DNA of 64,000 bases, taken from sequence record DRR723986_9968; one strand, given 5' to 3'. This document shows positions 17,974-27,162 of the stretch, piece by piece. Made by a program: the position numbers and the translations under genes. Under the pieces are notes generated by a model, which did no database searches, was not told where the DNA came from, and was given only the letters and a program-made list of their open reading frames with translations. Position 1 is the first letter of the stretch. Each line of letters begins with the position of its first letter.

Positions 17974-18969
17974 ATGTATATCCATCAGATGACCTGCATA
18001 TCACCTCAACAATCACAAGATGATTCCTTCATCCAAGGAAAAATTCTATCAGCTAATGAAGGAAAATTCTTAGCCGTTGAACCCAACTATATGGAGTTGA
18101 TTCCATTGGGTTTACTGCGGAGAATGGGTAAAGTTGTGAAGTTAGGCATTGGAGCCGGACTTCCATTATTGAAAGATTATCCCAATTTGGACGGCATTAT
18201 TTTAGGTACAGCAAACGGTGGACTTGGTGATTGTTTTAAATTTCTAAATCAGATCATTCAATACGAAGAAGGAACCTTGACTCCAACGAGTTTTGTGCAG
18301 AGCACTGCAAATGCAGTTGCTGGTAATTTAGCCTTGATGGGAAAACGAACAGGCTATAATTCGACCCATGTAAACGGAGGATTATCCTTTGAATCTGCCC
18401 TAGCTGGAGCACAAATGTTATTAGAAGAGCATACAGACAACACCTATTTAGTTGGAGCCGCAGACGAATTTGACGAAAGTAATTTCAACATCAATCGATT
18501 ATTAGGATTGTATAATAATGGAGTTATTGCAGGCGAAGGATCTGCTATGTTTATTCTTAATAATCAATCTAAAAATGCGATTGCCAAAATTTTAGATGTT
18601 GATCAAATCACTTATCCATCTCGAGAAGATATCCATCAAAAACTGAATAATCTACTCAGCAAAAACAACTTGAAAAAAGAAGATATTGATGCTCTCGTTT
18701 TAGGTTATACTAGTCCATCAGCATCAGATGAATGGTATGATGAAATGGCCACACAATTCTCTGAGAAAACTGTTTATCAATTCAAAAATTTGGTGGGTGA
18801 ATATCCAACGTCTAGTGCCTTTGCTTGCTGGATGAGTGCCCAATTGCTGAAAACCGGTCAATTACCTGCTGATTGTCTGAAAAAAGGCGTGCCAGGAAAA
18901 GTAGATAGACTTCTTGTTTACAACCATTACAGAGGAGATCAGCATGGGTTTATTTTGATTGAGAGATAA
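17974..18969 (+). CDS. Ketosynthase chain-length-factor-like protein
   Basis: LRRM, LTPTSFVQST and GEGSA motifs; lacks the TACSS catalytic Cys. Confidence 0.8.
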   Translation: MYIHQMTCISPQQSQDDSFIQGKILSANEGKFLAVEPNYMELIPLGLLRRMGKVVKLGIGAGLPLLKDYPNLDGIILGTANGGLGDCFKFLNQIIQYEEGTLTPTSFVQSTANAVAGNLALMGKRTGYNSTHVNGGLSFESALAGAQMLLEEHTDNTYLVGAADEFDESNFNINRLLGLYNNGVIAGEGSAMFILNNQSKNAIAKILDVDQITYPSREDIHQKLNNLLSKNNLKKEDIDALVLGYTSPSASDEWYDEMATQFSEKTVYQFKNLVGEYPTSSAFACWMSAQLLKTGQLPADCLKKGVPGKVDRLLVYNHYRGDQHGFILIER

Positions 18970-18970
18970 G

Positions 18971-19393
18971 TTAATTGACTACCTCAACAGGCACCAGAGT
19001 ATCAAAAGTCTCTGAATAGAAATGAAACAAATATTGACCAGTAAATAAAGGCTTAAAAGAATATTCTATTTCTCCTCCATCTGGAACTTGTGGGCACATC
19101 TTGCACTTATCATAAGATGCCATTACATTGATTTCTTGATTAAACCCATTACCAACCCATTCAAATTCACCAAATTCACCGCATGGACTGTATACAGTAT
19201 ATATAAGTCCTATCTTAATTGTATCCCCAAATAGAACTGAATCGGGTACATTAACAAGCGATATATTACTACACAGCTGTAGGGTATCACACATAACTTC
19301 CTCAGGTTGGTTCTGACTTGATGATTCAACTTCTTCTTTTTGGCAAGAGAAAATAATAACCACAATGAATAAACAAGTTAGAATTTTGAGCAT
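18971..19393 (-). CDS. Hypothetical lipoprotein
   Basis: IIFSC lipobox, CGEF..C..CPQ and GQYLFHF. Confidence 0.7.
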   Translation of the reverse strand: MLKILTCLFIVVIIFSCQKEEVESSSQNQPEEVMCDTLQLCSNISLVNVPDSVLFGDTIKIGLIYTVYSPCGEFGEFEWVGNGFNQEINVMASYDKCKMCPQVPDGGEIEYSFKPLFTGQYLFHFYSETFDTLVPVEVVN

Positions 19394-19458
19394 AGTTAAA
19401 GATACCTCATTACGAGCTAACTAAAATACCATTCAATAGGTTAGGATATCCTTTTAAT

Positions 19459-19498
19459 AAAAAAAGGCTTCACTCAATTAAGAATGAAGCCCCTTTTT
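19459..19498. terminator. Intrinsic terminator (likely bidirectional)
   Basis: A-tract, GGCTTCA...TGAAGCC stem, T-tract; downstream of the LVIVD gene. Confidence 0.7.
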
Positions 19499-19515
19499 GC
19501 CATTAAGATTAACAC

Positions 19516-20775
19516 TTAGAAACTAAGCAAGCTAATCATTGTTAAATTGCTAGGGTTTGTATAATCATACTGATAAACCCCTTCTTCTGCGATCATAATA
19601 GCAGCTCCGTTGTTGAGTATAATATCTGAAGTTTGTACGGCTGGAAAGTGATACATCAAGTTGTCTCCACAATCGAGCGGATTTGAATTGTCAAATACTT
19701 TTAATCCATCTGATCCATCACAAACAAATAGTAGGTTTCCGTCAACAGCCAAACCATATGGGTCTGTCATATCAAATTGTTCTTTCAACTTTGGGAACTT
19801 TAAATTTCCGATATCAATGACTTGTAATTCATCATCAATTCCGCCACAATCGCTTCCGGTTCTGAGCGTTAAATAAGCATAGTTTCCTTGAACAACAACT
19901 GGATCACATGATTCAACATGCTCTATTTCAGAAACAAAATTTGGATTATCTCTATCCGCACCAGCATCATAAATTTTCATGCCTGTTGTTGTTCCAACAA
20001 ACAAATAATCACCTTCTGGGAAAAGAGTTTCGGGCTCATCCCAAGTTTTCTTTTCATGAGCAAAAATCGGACTTGTTGAATTCGAAACATTGAAGGACTT
20101 AATGCTCCCTTTATCGATAGCATATAAGTAATTATCAATTATTGCAAACTGGCTTCTTGAACCGGCTAAATTTACTCGAATTGAAGAAGCTGATTTTGTT
20201 TGAATTTCTTCTTTTTCGCACTCTGCACAATCTTTAGCAAAGAGTTTAGCCCCAAAACCTGAAACATCCTTTGTTTTTTCAATTTCCCATGCAATGACAA
20301 CTCCATTTTCTTTATTGATATCTGCCGTTGGATATTCGTCATTAATTGCTGGCGTGCAATATGAGAACACGTCATACATGCGGTTCACCAATTTAGGATC
20401 TTGAATATTTGAGATATCAATTGTCAGTAAATCAATAAAGCTATTCGCATATAAAATATTGTTTTTCACAGCTATTTGCGTATTCCCAGGAATATTCATA
20501 AACCCAATAAAATAAGGTGCTGACTTGTTTGAATTGTTAACAATATGAATGCCTTTGTCTTCGTCAGAAATAAAAATAATGTCATTATGAATAAAGATAT
20601 TTCCGGGAGCTGTCATAGGATGCATTCCGTCATAATATTCAAATGAACTTCTAAAATCTGAGTAGCTCATGTACACAGGTACATTCGCATAAACTTCTTT
20701 GTTTTTATATTTTTTACATGAGTTTAGGGACACCAACATGATAGCTGCGCCTAAAAAGAGTACTAGTTTATTCAT
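19516..20775 (-). CDS. LVIVD repeat lipoprotein
   Basis: LNSC lipobox; LLTIDIS, LQVIDI, CDPVVV and LFVCDG repeats. Confidence 0.85.
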   Translation of the reverse strand: MNKLVLFLGAAIMLVSLNSCKKYKNKEVYANVPVYMSYSDFRSSFEYYDGMHPMTAPGNIFIHNDIIFISDEDKGIHIVNNSNKSAPYFIGFMNIPGNTQIAVKNNILYANSFIDLLTIDISNIQDPKLVNRMYDVFSYCTPAINDEYPTADINKENGVVIAWEIEKTKDVSGFGAKLFAKDCAECEKEEIQTKSASSIRVNLAGSRSQFAIIDNYLYAIDKGSIKSFNVSNSTSPIFAHEKKTWDEPETLFPEGDYLFVGTTTGMKIYDAGADRDNPNFVSEIEHVESCDPVVVQGNYAYLTLRTGSDCGGIDDELQVIDIGNLKFPKLKEQFDMTDPYGLAVDGNLLFVCDGSDGLKVFDNSNPLDCGDNLMYHFPAVQTSDIILNNGAAIMIAEEGVYQYDYTNPSNLTMISLLSF

Positions 20776-20866
20776 AATTCGTGAGGTTTGGTTTCACGAA
20801 TCAAATGCAAAAAGTAGGCCAAAATGCTTGACCTACAATTTAATACGGTTTAGGTAGTTGTTGGAA

Positions 20867-21820
20867 TTACCAAATTAAGAATAATAACAAGGTTCCGAGT
20901 CCACCGATTAAAGCCATCCCAATAACACAAAGTCCAAGGATCATAAAAACAATAGCTCCTCTTCTTATGTTATTTGCTTTTCTGTTCATTCGTTGATTTT
21001 TGCCTTCTAATTCTCTTCGCAAAAGCTTGGAATTGTGAACCGAAGTGCACATCAAGATAAATGCGATTAAATACAAAATGCCTAGAACAATCAAAAGAGG
21101 CCAAAAGCTTACTAAAACAAAAATAGCCGCTGTAATTACCATAGCGACTACAAAACCTAATCCAGCGAAAAAAGTTTTGCGAGCCACTGTAGCTCTTTTA
21201 GATTTTTGATATTGTTCTACACTCATAGCTTGAATCGGAGTTTGTTTGACAGGTTCTTTTTCAATCTTCTCCTTTTCAATTTTTTCTTCGTCTGGAGATT
21301 TTTCTTCAACTGGCTCTTCAACTTTTTCTTTCAAACCGGATTTGGTTTGATAGAATTTCACATCATTTGTTGAAATTTCTGTAAGTCCGTATCTACTCTC
21401 TTTAACACCATCAACACTTAATTCTAAATACTCTTCATTTGGAACTTCATCCAACTCAACTAAGTCCCCAATCAGACTTCTAGCAATACCATCATAAAAT
21501 GGCTTTTTAATTTCATAAATGACATCACCATCTTTTATAACCATTGGTGTTTTACTTTTTATTGCTTTTTGAATTGCGAATATTTTAGGATCGTTTTCGG
21601 TTAAGCGATCCAAATCATCTTTGAAATTCTTATTCAATTCTGAATTGTTCTCTGTTAGCGCTGACGCATGTCCAGAAACTTCACGCTCCTGCTCTGGATA
21701 AGTGGCTTCAATTGGCTTCAAATTCGTGAACTTCTTTTTATTGAAATTGTTAAAATTTGCTGTTTGACACGAGGTAAACCCGAATGCCATTATTGCGAGT
21801 GAAATTATAAACGTTTTCAT
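20867..21820 (-). CDS. Hypothetical lipoprotein with C-terminal TM helices (paralog 1)
   Basis: FTSC lipobox, NFNNFNKKKFTNLKPI and 3 C-terminal hydrophobic helices. Confidence 0.75.
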   Translation of the reverse strand: MKTFIISLAIMAFGFTSCQTANFNNFNKKKFTNLKPIEATYPEQEREVSGHASALTENNSELNKNFKDDLDRLTENDPKIFAIQKAIKSKTPMVIKDGDVIYEIKKPFYDGIARSLIGDLVELDEVPNEEYLELSVDGVKESRYGLTEISTNDVKFYQTKSGLKEKVEEPVEEKSPDEEKIEKEKIEKEPVKQTPIQAMSVEQYQKSKRATVARKTFFAGLGFVVAMVITAAIFVLVSFWPLLIVLGILYLIAFILMCTSVHNSKLLRRELEGKNQRMNRKANNIRRGAIVFMILGLCVIGMALIGGLGTLLLFLIW

Positions 21821-21932
21821 TTTGTCTGTTTTACATGTTTACAGACCAAATTTAGGGCATTGATACACCTAGAAGTAATTGAATTGAGCAAGCACGAATT
21901 GTTGTTTGCGATTTCCGCAAACCTAGGTCAAT

Positions 21933-22952
21933 CTATTGATTTTCCATTTTTAATCTGAATCGTTTCTTAGAAAATTTTGCAATGAGTATCAAAATCAGTC
22001 CTGCTAGAGCAAAATAAGTTAAAAAAGACATCACAAAAATTCCAAACCAAAGAATTACGCGCATTAGTTGCACACCTGGCTTTGGTTTAACTCCTGCCAA
22101 TTTGCACTCGTCAATATACAGTCTAAAATTGAACGCTGAAACACAGCCAACACTGTAGGTAATAATTAATAATGCTGCTCCTAAAAAAATGAAAGCAAAA
22201 TTTGCAAATATTCCCAGCAACAAAAATATTGCGGCTAAAGGGAGGAAAACAAGCATAGTCAAGAGAAACTGTTTTCTACCTTTCTTAAAAGAATCTGAAT
22301 CATGCACTGCGGCTTCTGGGTTTGAATCGAGATTGTGAATTTTAACTTTTCTTACTCTAGACTTGTAGGTTTCTTTCCAATTCGCTTTTTCATTTTGATC
22401 GAATTGTCTTGATTCTTCAGGCTCTGTAACATGTGCCTCCTCCGCACCAACTTTTAAATTATCAAAACCGATAACAGTTTTGGCTGAGATGATGTCATTA
22501 GTGCTAATTTCAGTGAATCCAGCTTTGTTTTCTTTAAAATTGCTAACTTTTACTTCTAAAAAATCCTCATTCTCTGGTTTTTCAGCCTTTTCTAATCGTC
22601 CAATTAAATTCTCGGAAAAACCATCATAGAATGGATCATTTACTTGATAATAAGTGGTGTCGTTTTTAATGAAAATTTTAGTCCCATTTTTAATCGCCTT
22701 TTTAATCTCCAATATCTTGGGGTCATTCTCTGTTAGCCTATCTAGGTCATCTTTGAAATTTACCTTCTGGGGCGACTTACTATCCGAAAACGCTGATGAA
22801 TGAGTTTGAACTGGGGTATCTTGATCTGGGTATGTGGTCGAAATTGGTTTTAAATTCGTGAACTTCTTTTTATTGAAGTTGTTGAAGTTAGCTGTATGAC
22901 AAGAAGTGAATCCCAAAAGAACTAGAGTCATTAAAAAGAGAAGCGTTTTCAT
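21933..22952 (-). CDS. Hypothetical lipoprotein with C-terminal TM helices (paralog 2)
   Basis: Shares FTSCxTANFNNFNKKKFTNLKPI, NFKDDLDRLTENDPKI, PFYDG and TEISTND with paralog 1. Confidence 0.75.
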   Translation of the reverse strand: MKTLLFLMTLVLLGFTSCHTANFNNFNKKKFTNLKPISTTYPDQDTPVQTHSSAFSDSKSPQKVNFKDDLDRLTENDPKILEIKKAIKNGTKIFIKNDTTYYQVNDPFYDGFSENLIGRLEKAEKPENEDFLEVKVSNFKENKAGFTEISTNDIISAKTVIGFDNLKVGAEEAHVTEPEESRQFDQNEKANWKETYKSRVRKVKIHNLDSNPEAAVHDSDSFKKGRKQFLLTMLVFLPLAAIFLLLGIFANFAFIFLGAALLIITYSVGCVSAFNFRLYIDECKLAGVKPKPGVQLMRVILWFGIFVMSFLTYFALAGLILILIAKFSKKRFRLKMENQ

Positions 22953-23054
22953 AGATCTGTTTTACATGTTTGTGATCCAAAATTAGTCTGAACAAACGCC
23001 CTAAGGTAATTGAATGCAGCAAGGAAGAATCATTGTTTGCGGTTATCGCAAAAA

Positions 23055-24848
23055 CTAATTCTTCTCAAGATACTCCAGTAAAATTTTCGCCTTGGCTTTT
23101 CCAATAACTTTTTCGATTTGCTCTGGGTCAGCTTCTCGAACGCGTTTTACAGATTTAAAAGCAGTGATTAAATCCTGAGCGGTTTTTTCTCCTATACCAG
23201 CAATCATGGTAAGTTCCGTGCCTAAAGCATTTTTACTTCGCTTATTTCGGTGATGAGTAATACCAAAACGGTGCGCCTCATTTCTTAAATGTTGAATTAT
23301 TTTTAAGGATTCTGAACGCTTGTCAATGTAAATAGGAACCGAATCTCCAGGGAAGTAAATTTCCTCTAGCTTTTTAGCGATACCTACCAACGTAATCTTA
23401 CCCCTTAAGCCTAAGGCATCAATTGATTTTAGGGCCGAACTCAACTGTCCTTTTCCACCATCAATTATGATTACTTGAGGTAAAGGCTGGTCTTCGTCTA
23501 ATAGCCTTCGGTATCTCCTAAACACCACCTCTTCCATTGATGCGAAATCATCAGGGCCGGTAACCGTTTTAATATTGAAATGTCGATAATCTTTTTTTGA
23601 TGGCTTTCCGTTTTTAAAAACAACACAAGCTGCAACGGCATTGGTTCCTTGAAAGTTAGAATTATCAAAACATTCTATATGTGTAGGCCATTCTTTCAAC
23701 CTTAAATCTTTCTTCATGGTTTCCATGATGCGTTCTAAATTACGATCAGGGTTCACCAGCTTTTCTTGCTTGTGTTTTTCAAGCATGTAAAATTTTGCAT
23801 TGCGAAGCGATAAATCTAGCAATGCCTTTTTATCACCTCGTTGAGCATGTGTTATTTTGAGATTTGGAAAATCTTCAGCAATATCAGCCTCGCAAATAAT
23901 TTCTTTTCCTTCTGATCCGAAGCGTTCTCTCATTTCAACCAACACAATGGGAATAATTTGCTCAGGGCTTTCATCCAATTTCTTTTTCACTTCAACAGTG
24001 TGGCCATGAATTATTGCCCCATTATTCATCTTTAAATAATTGACATAAGCATATTTGTCATCCTCTACCATGGTCATGACATCAACGTTATGAATGGTTG
24101 GACTGACAATTGCGGATTTTGAGTAGTATCCTTCTAATAATCGGATCTTTTCTTTGATGTCTTGCGCTTCTTCAAATTTTAATTCAGCCGCCAGCTCATC
24201 CATCCAATTTTTTAAAGCAGAAATAACGGTTGAAACATTGCCTTTTAAAATGTTTCGAATCTCATCTAAATAACGGTCATAATTCTCAACTGACTCTTCA
24301 CCAATACAGGGTCCCTTGCAATTCCCAATATGATATTCTAAACAAACTTTGTACTGCTTTTTTTCAATTGCTTCAGGTGACAAATTGAGATTGCAAGTCC
24401 TGAGGGGATACACTTCTTTAATCAAGTCCATCAGTGTGTACAACATTTTCACTGAGGCATAAGGACCGAAATATTTGGAGCCGTCTTTAATAACTCTTCT
24501 TGTTTTAAAGATTCTTGGGAACGCCTCATTCTTAATGACAATCCAAGGATAGGTTTTATCATCCTTAAGTTGGATATTATACTTAGGCTGATACTTCTTT
24601 ATTAAATTATTCTCTAACAAGAGTGCATCCATTTCAGTATCTACCACCAGATATTTAATATCCTGGATTCGCTTGATGAGCATCAATGTTTTGCCATTAT
24701 CCTGCGATTTAGTGAAATAAGATGCTACCCTTTTTTTTAAGTTTTTAGCCTTTCCGACATAAATGATCTTTCCTGATTTATCATAATATTGATAAACCCC
24801 CGGATTATGAGGAATCGTTTTTATTTTATCCTTTAAATGATCAAACAT
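23055..24848 (-). CDS. uvrC: Excinuclease ABC subunit C
   Basis: PGVY..IYVGKAKNLKKRV GIY-YIG, IECFDNS, IIDGGKGQ, RNEAHRF and HhH motifs. Confidence 0.97.
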   Translation of the reverse strand: MFDHLKDKIKTIPHNPGVYQYYDKSGKIIYVGKAKNLKKRVASYFTKSQDNGKTLMLIKRIQDIKYLVVDTEMDALLLENNLIKKYQPKYNIQLKDDKTYPWIVIKNEAFPRIFKTRRVIKDGSKYFGPYASVKMLYTLMDLIKEVYPLRTCNLNLSPEAIEKKQYKVCLEYHIGNCKGPCIGEESVENYDRYLDEIRNILKGNVSTVISALKNWMDELAAELKFEEAQDIKEKIRLLEGYYSKSAIVSPTIHNVDVMTMVEDDKYAYVNYLKMNNGAIIHGHTVEVKKKLDESPEQIIPIVLVEMRERFGSEGKEIICEADIAEDFPNLKITHAQRGDKKALLDLSLRNAKFYMLEKHKQEKLVNPDRNLERIMETMKKDLRLKEWPTHIECFDNSNFQGTNAVAACVVFKNGKPSKKDYRHFNIKTVTGPDDFASMEEVVFRRYRRLLDEDQPLPQVIIIDGGKGQLSSALKSIDALGLRGKITLVGIAKKLEEIYFPGDSVPIYIDKRSESLKIIQHLRNEAHRFGITHHRNKRSKNALGTELTMIAGIGEKTAQDLITAFKSVKRVREADPEQIEKVIGKAKAKILLEYLEKN

Positions 24849-24923
24849 GCACTACAAAAATAGGGATGTTGGCACAGAACATGATATAAAACGTCAGAAT
24901 TCCGTTAAATTCAAAAACATCAA

Positions 24924-27038
24924 ATGCTTATCTTTATCAAAAATACATTCATGACCAAGCTCTCAATTCTCAGCATCCTTTGCATCCTATTCTCATTCAA
25001 TACCTCTGCTCAAAAATTTGAAGAATTTTTAGATGGATTTGAAAGCAATACGAATGGCTGGTTAGAAAAAGATGATAAAAAACAACGCTCTGTAATTAAA
25101 GACGGACGGTTTGAGATTGAACAAAAAGTTGAAGGGGCTTGCGGATTTGGAACCAAAATAAAAGTAAATCCGCAATATGACTATGAGATTGAGGTAGCTA
25201 TTCGTGAAGTTGAGGGAGTTGATAACAATGGTTATGGTATCATGTTCGGCCAATTTGATTGGGAAGATTATTTCACTTTCGTGATCAGTTCAAATGGTTA
25301 TGGGAAGATTTACGGAAAAGTAGATGATGAAAAAGTGATTATAAAAGACTGGGAAAAGTTTTCTGCAATAAAACCAATGCCACAAACCAACATTCTAAAA
25401 ATCAAGCAAAAAAATGATGTGGTTCGCTTTTACGTGAACGGAGAATTATTCCATTCCAACGAAAAAATACAGTTAGTTGGCCATAAAACAGGATTTAAAG
25501 TGGACAATAAAATGATTGTTGAGGCAGATTATATTAAGATCAACCGCTACACAGAGCCTATTTATCTGATTGAAAACCCCGTGAATGGACATAAAATGGA
25601 AAATCTAGGGCCAAACATCAACACTGATGATGAAGACAAAAGTCCCTTCATTACAGCTGATGGAAAACACCTATATTTCAACCGTAAAAATCATCCAGAG
25701 AATATTGCAAAAGACTATACAGATATTTGGATGTCAGAATTGGATACCATCACCAATACCTGGCAAAAAGCAAAACATTTACCTCCACCGCTTAATAATA
25801 ACGGCTACAATTATGTGATTTCAATGACGCCTGACAACAATAAAGTTTTGGTGGGGAATACCTATAAAGCTGACGGAACAAAAGGGTCAAGCGGAGTGTC
25901 AATATCCTACAAAAAAAATGGAGTTTGGACACTACCAAAAGAACAAGATATCAAAGAATTTAGAAATGATGATAAATACGTGAATTACTTTCTAACGACT
26001 GATGGCACTAAATTATTTAGTTCAATAGATGACGGCGATACCTATGGCAACAAAGATCTTTTTATCAGTTTTTTAAAGGCAGATTCTACCTGGACAAAAC
26101 CTATGAACTTAGGGCCTCAGGTTAATTCATTTATGACAGATTTTTCACCTTTCCTTGCGCCAGATGGCAAAACGCTTTTCTTTTCGTCATATGGCCATTC
26201 CGGTTACGGGAGTTCAGATATTTTCATGTGCACCAGAAAGGACGATACCTGGACCAATTGGACGAAACCGCTCAACCTAGGACCAGAAATCAATTCAGAT
26301 GACTGGGATGCCTATTTTGTTCTTGCTGCTCAAGGTGATTATGCTTATTTAGTTTCTTCGAAAGATGGATATGGTAGGTCTGATATTTTCAGAATCAAAG
26401 CTCCAGAATCCATCAAACCAGAACCCGTTTTAATTGTGCAAGGGATGGTGGTGAACAAAAAGGCAAATGAGCCAATTGACGCCTATGTAGAATATGAGAA
26501 TCTGCAAACTGGTGAACGTGTTGGAATGGCGCATTCATTCGGATGGGATGGGTATAAAATTGTGTTACCTAAAGGGTCAAACTATGGTTTCAGAGCTGAA
26601 GCAGAAGGTTTTATTCCCATATCACAAAACATTGATTTGAGCAATTTAGCTGCTTACAGTGATACCACGATCAACCTGTTCTTAGTGCCTGTTGAAAAAG
26701 GTCAAACAATTGCCCTAAATAATATCTTTTTTGATGAGGGAAAATCAGCATTACGAGATGAATCTGAACTTGAATTAAGAAGGATGATTGACATTTTAAT
26801 GACGCATAATAAATATAAGTTTGAAATTGGTGGACACACCGACAATAGCCAGGCAGATGCAGAAAACAAAAACCTGTCTGAATATCGCGCAAAAACGGTG
26901 TATACTTTTTTAATTAAACATGGAATTCCGGAAAATCGACTTACTTATAAAGGTTATGGCAGCAAATATCCAATAGATAGCAATGACACGCCAATCGGCA
27001 GACAGAACAACAGGCGCGTTGAAATTACGATTAAGTAG
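24924..27038 (+). CDS. OmpA-family protein with PD40 repeats and an N-terminal beta-sandwich domain
   Basis: NLGPxIN/SPFxxxDGK PD40 repeats; NIFFD, GHTD, NLSEYRA and NRRVE OmpA motifs. Start may be 24951. Confidence 0.88.
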   Translation: MLIFIKNTFMTKLSILSILCILFSFNTSAQKFEEFLDGFESNTNGWLEKDDKKQRSVIKDGRFEIEQKVEGACGFGTKIKVNPQYDYEIEVAIREVEGVDNNGYGIMFGQFDWEDYFTFVISSNGYGKIYGKVDDEKVIIKDWEKFSAIKPMPQTNILKIKQKNDVVRFYVNGELFHSNEKIQLVGHKTGFKVDNKMIVEADYIKINRYTEPIYLIENPVNGHKMENLGPNINTDDEDKSPFITADGKHLYFNRKNHPENIAKDYTDIWMSELDTITNTWQKAKHLPPPLNNNGYNYVISMTPDNNKVLVGNTYKADGTKGSSGVSISYKKNGVWTLPKEQDIKEFRNDDKYVNYFLTTDGTKLFSSIDDGDTYGNKDLFISFLKADSTWTKPMNLGPQVNSFMTDFSPFLAPDGKTLFFSSYGHSGYGSSDIFMCTRKDDTWTNWTKPLNLGPEINSDDWDAYFVLAAQGDYAYLVSSKDGYGRSDIFRIKAPESIKPEPVLIVQGMVVNKKANEPIDAYVEYENLQTGERVGMAHSFGWDGYKIVLPKGSNYGFRAEAEGFIPISQNIDLSNLAAYSDTTINLFLVPVEKGQTIALNNIFFDEGKSALRDESELELRRMIDILMTHNKYKFEIGGHTDNSQADAENKNLSEYRAKTVYTFLIKHGIPENRLTYKGYGSKYPIDSNDTPIGRQNNRRVEITIK

Positions 27039-27162
27039 ATACTGAATGGCTGGTTTATACCGAGTTTTCTTTTTACTTCTAAAAGCCGCCCAAATTAGCA
27101 GACGAACCGTTTGTCAATTCTTAATTCTTATGTAAGCACAGTTTTTCTACTTTAGAAAAAAA

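Noticed and set aside
24924-27038. Assignment as porE
   Set aside because: It has PD40 and OmpA domains but lacks the lipobox and N-terminal TPR expected for PorE, so it is left as an OmpA-family paralog.
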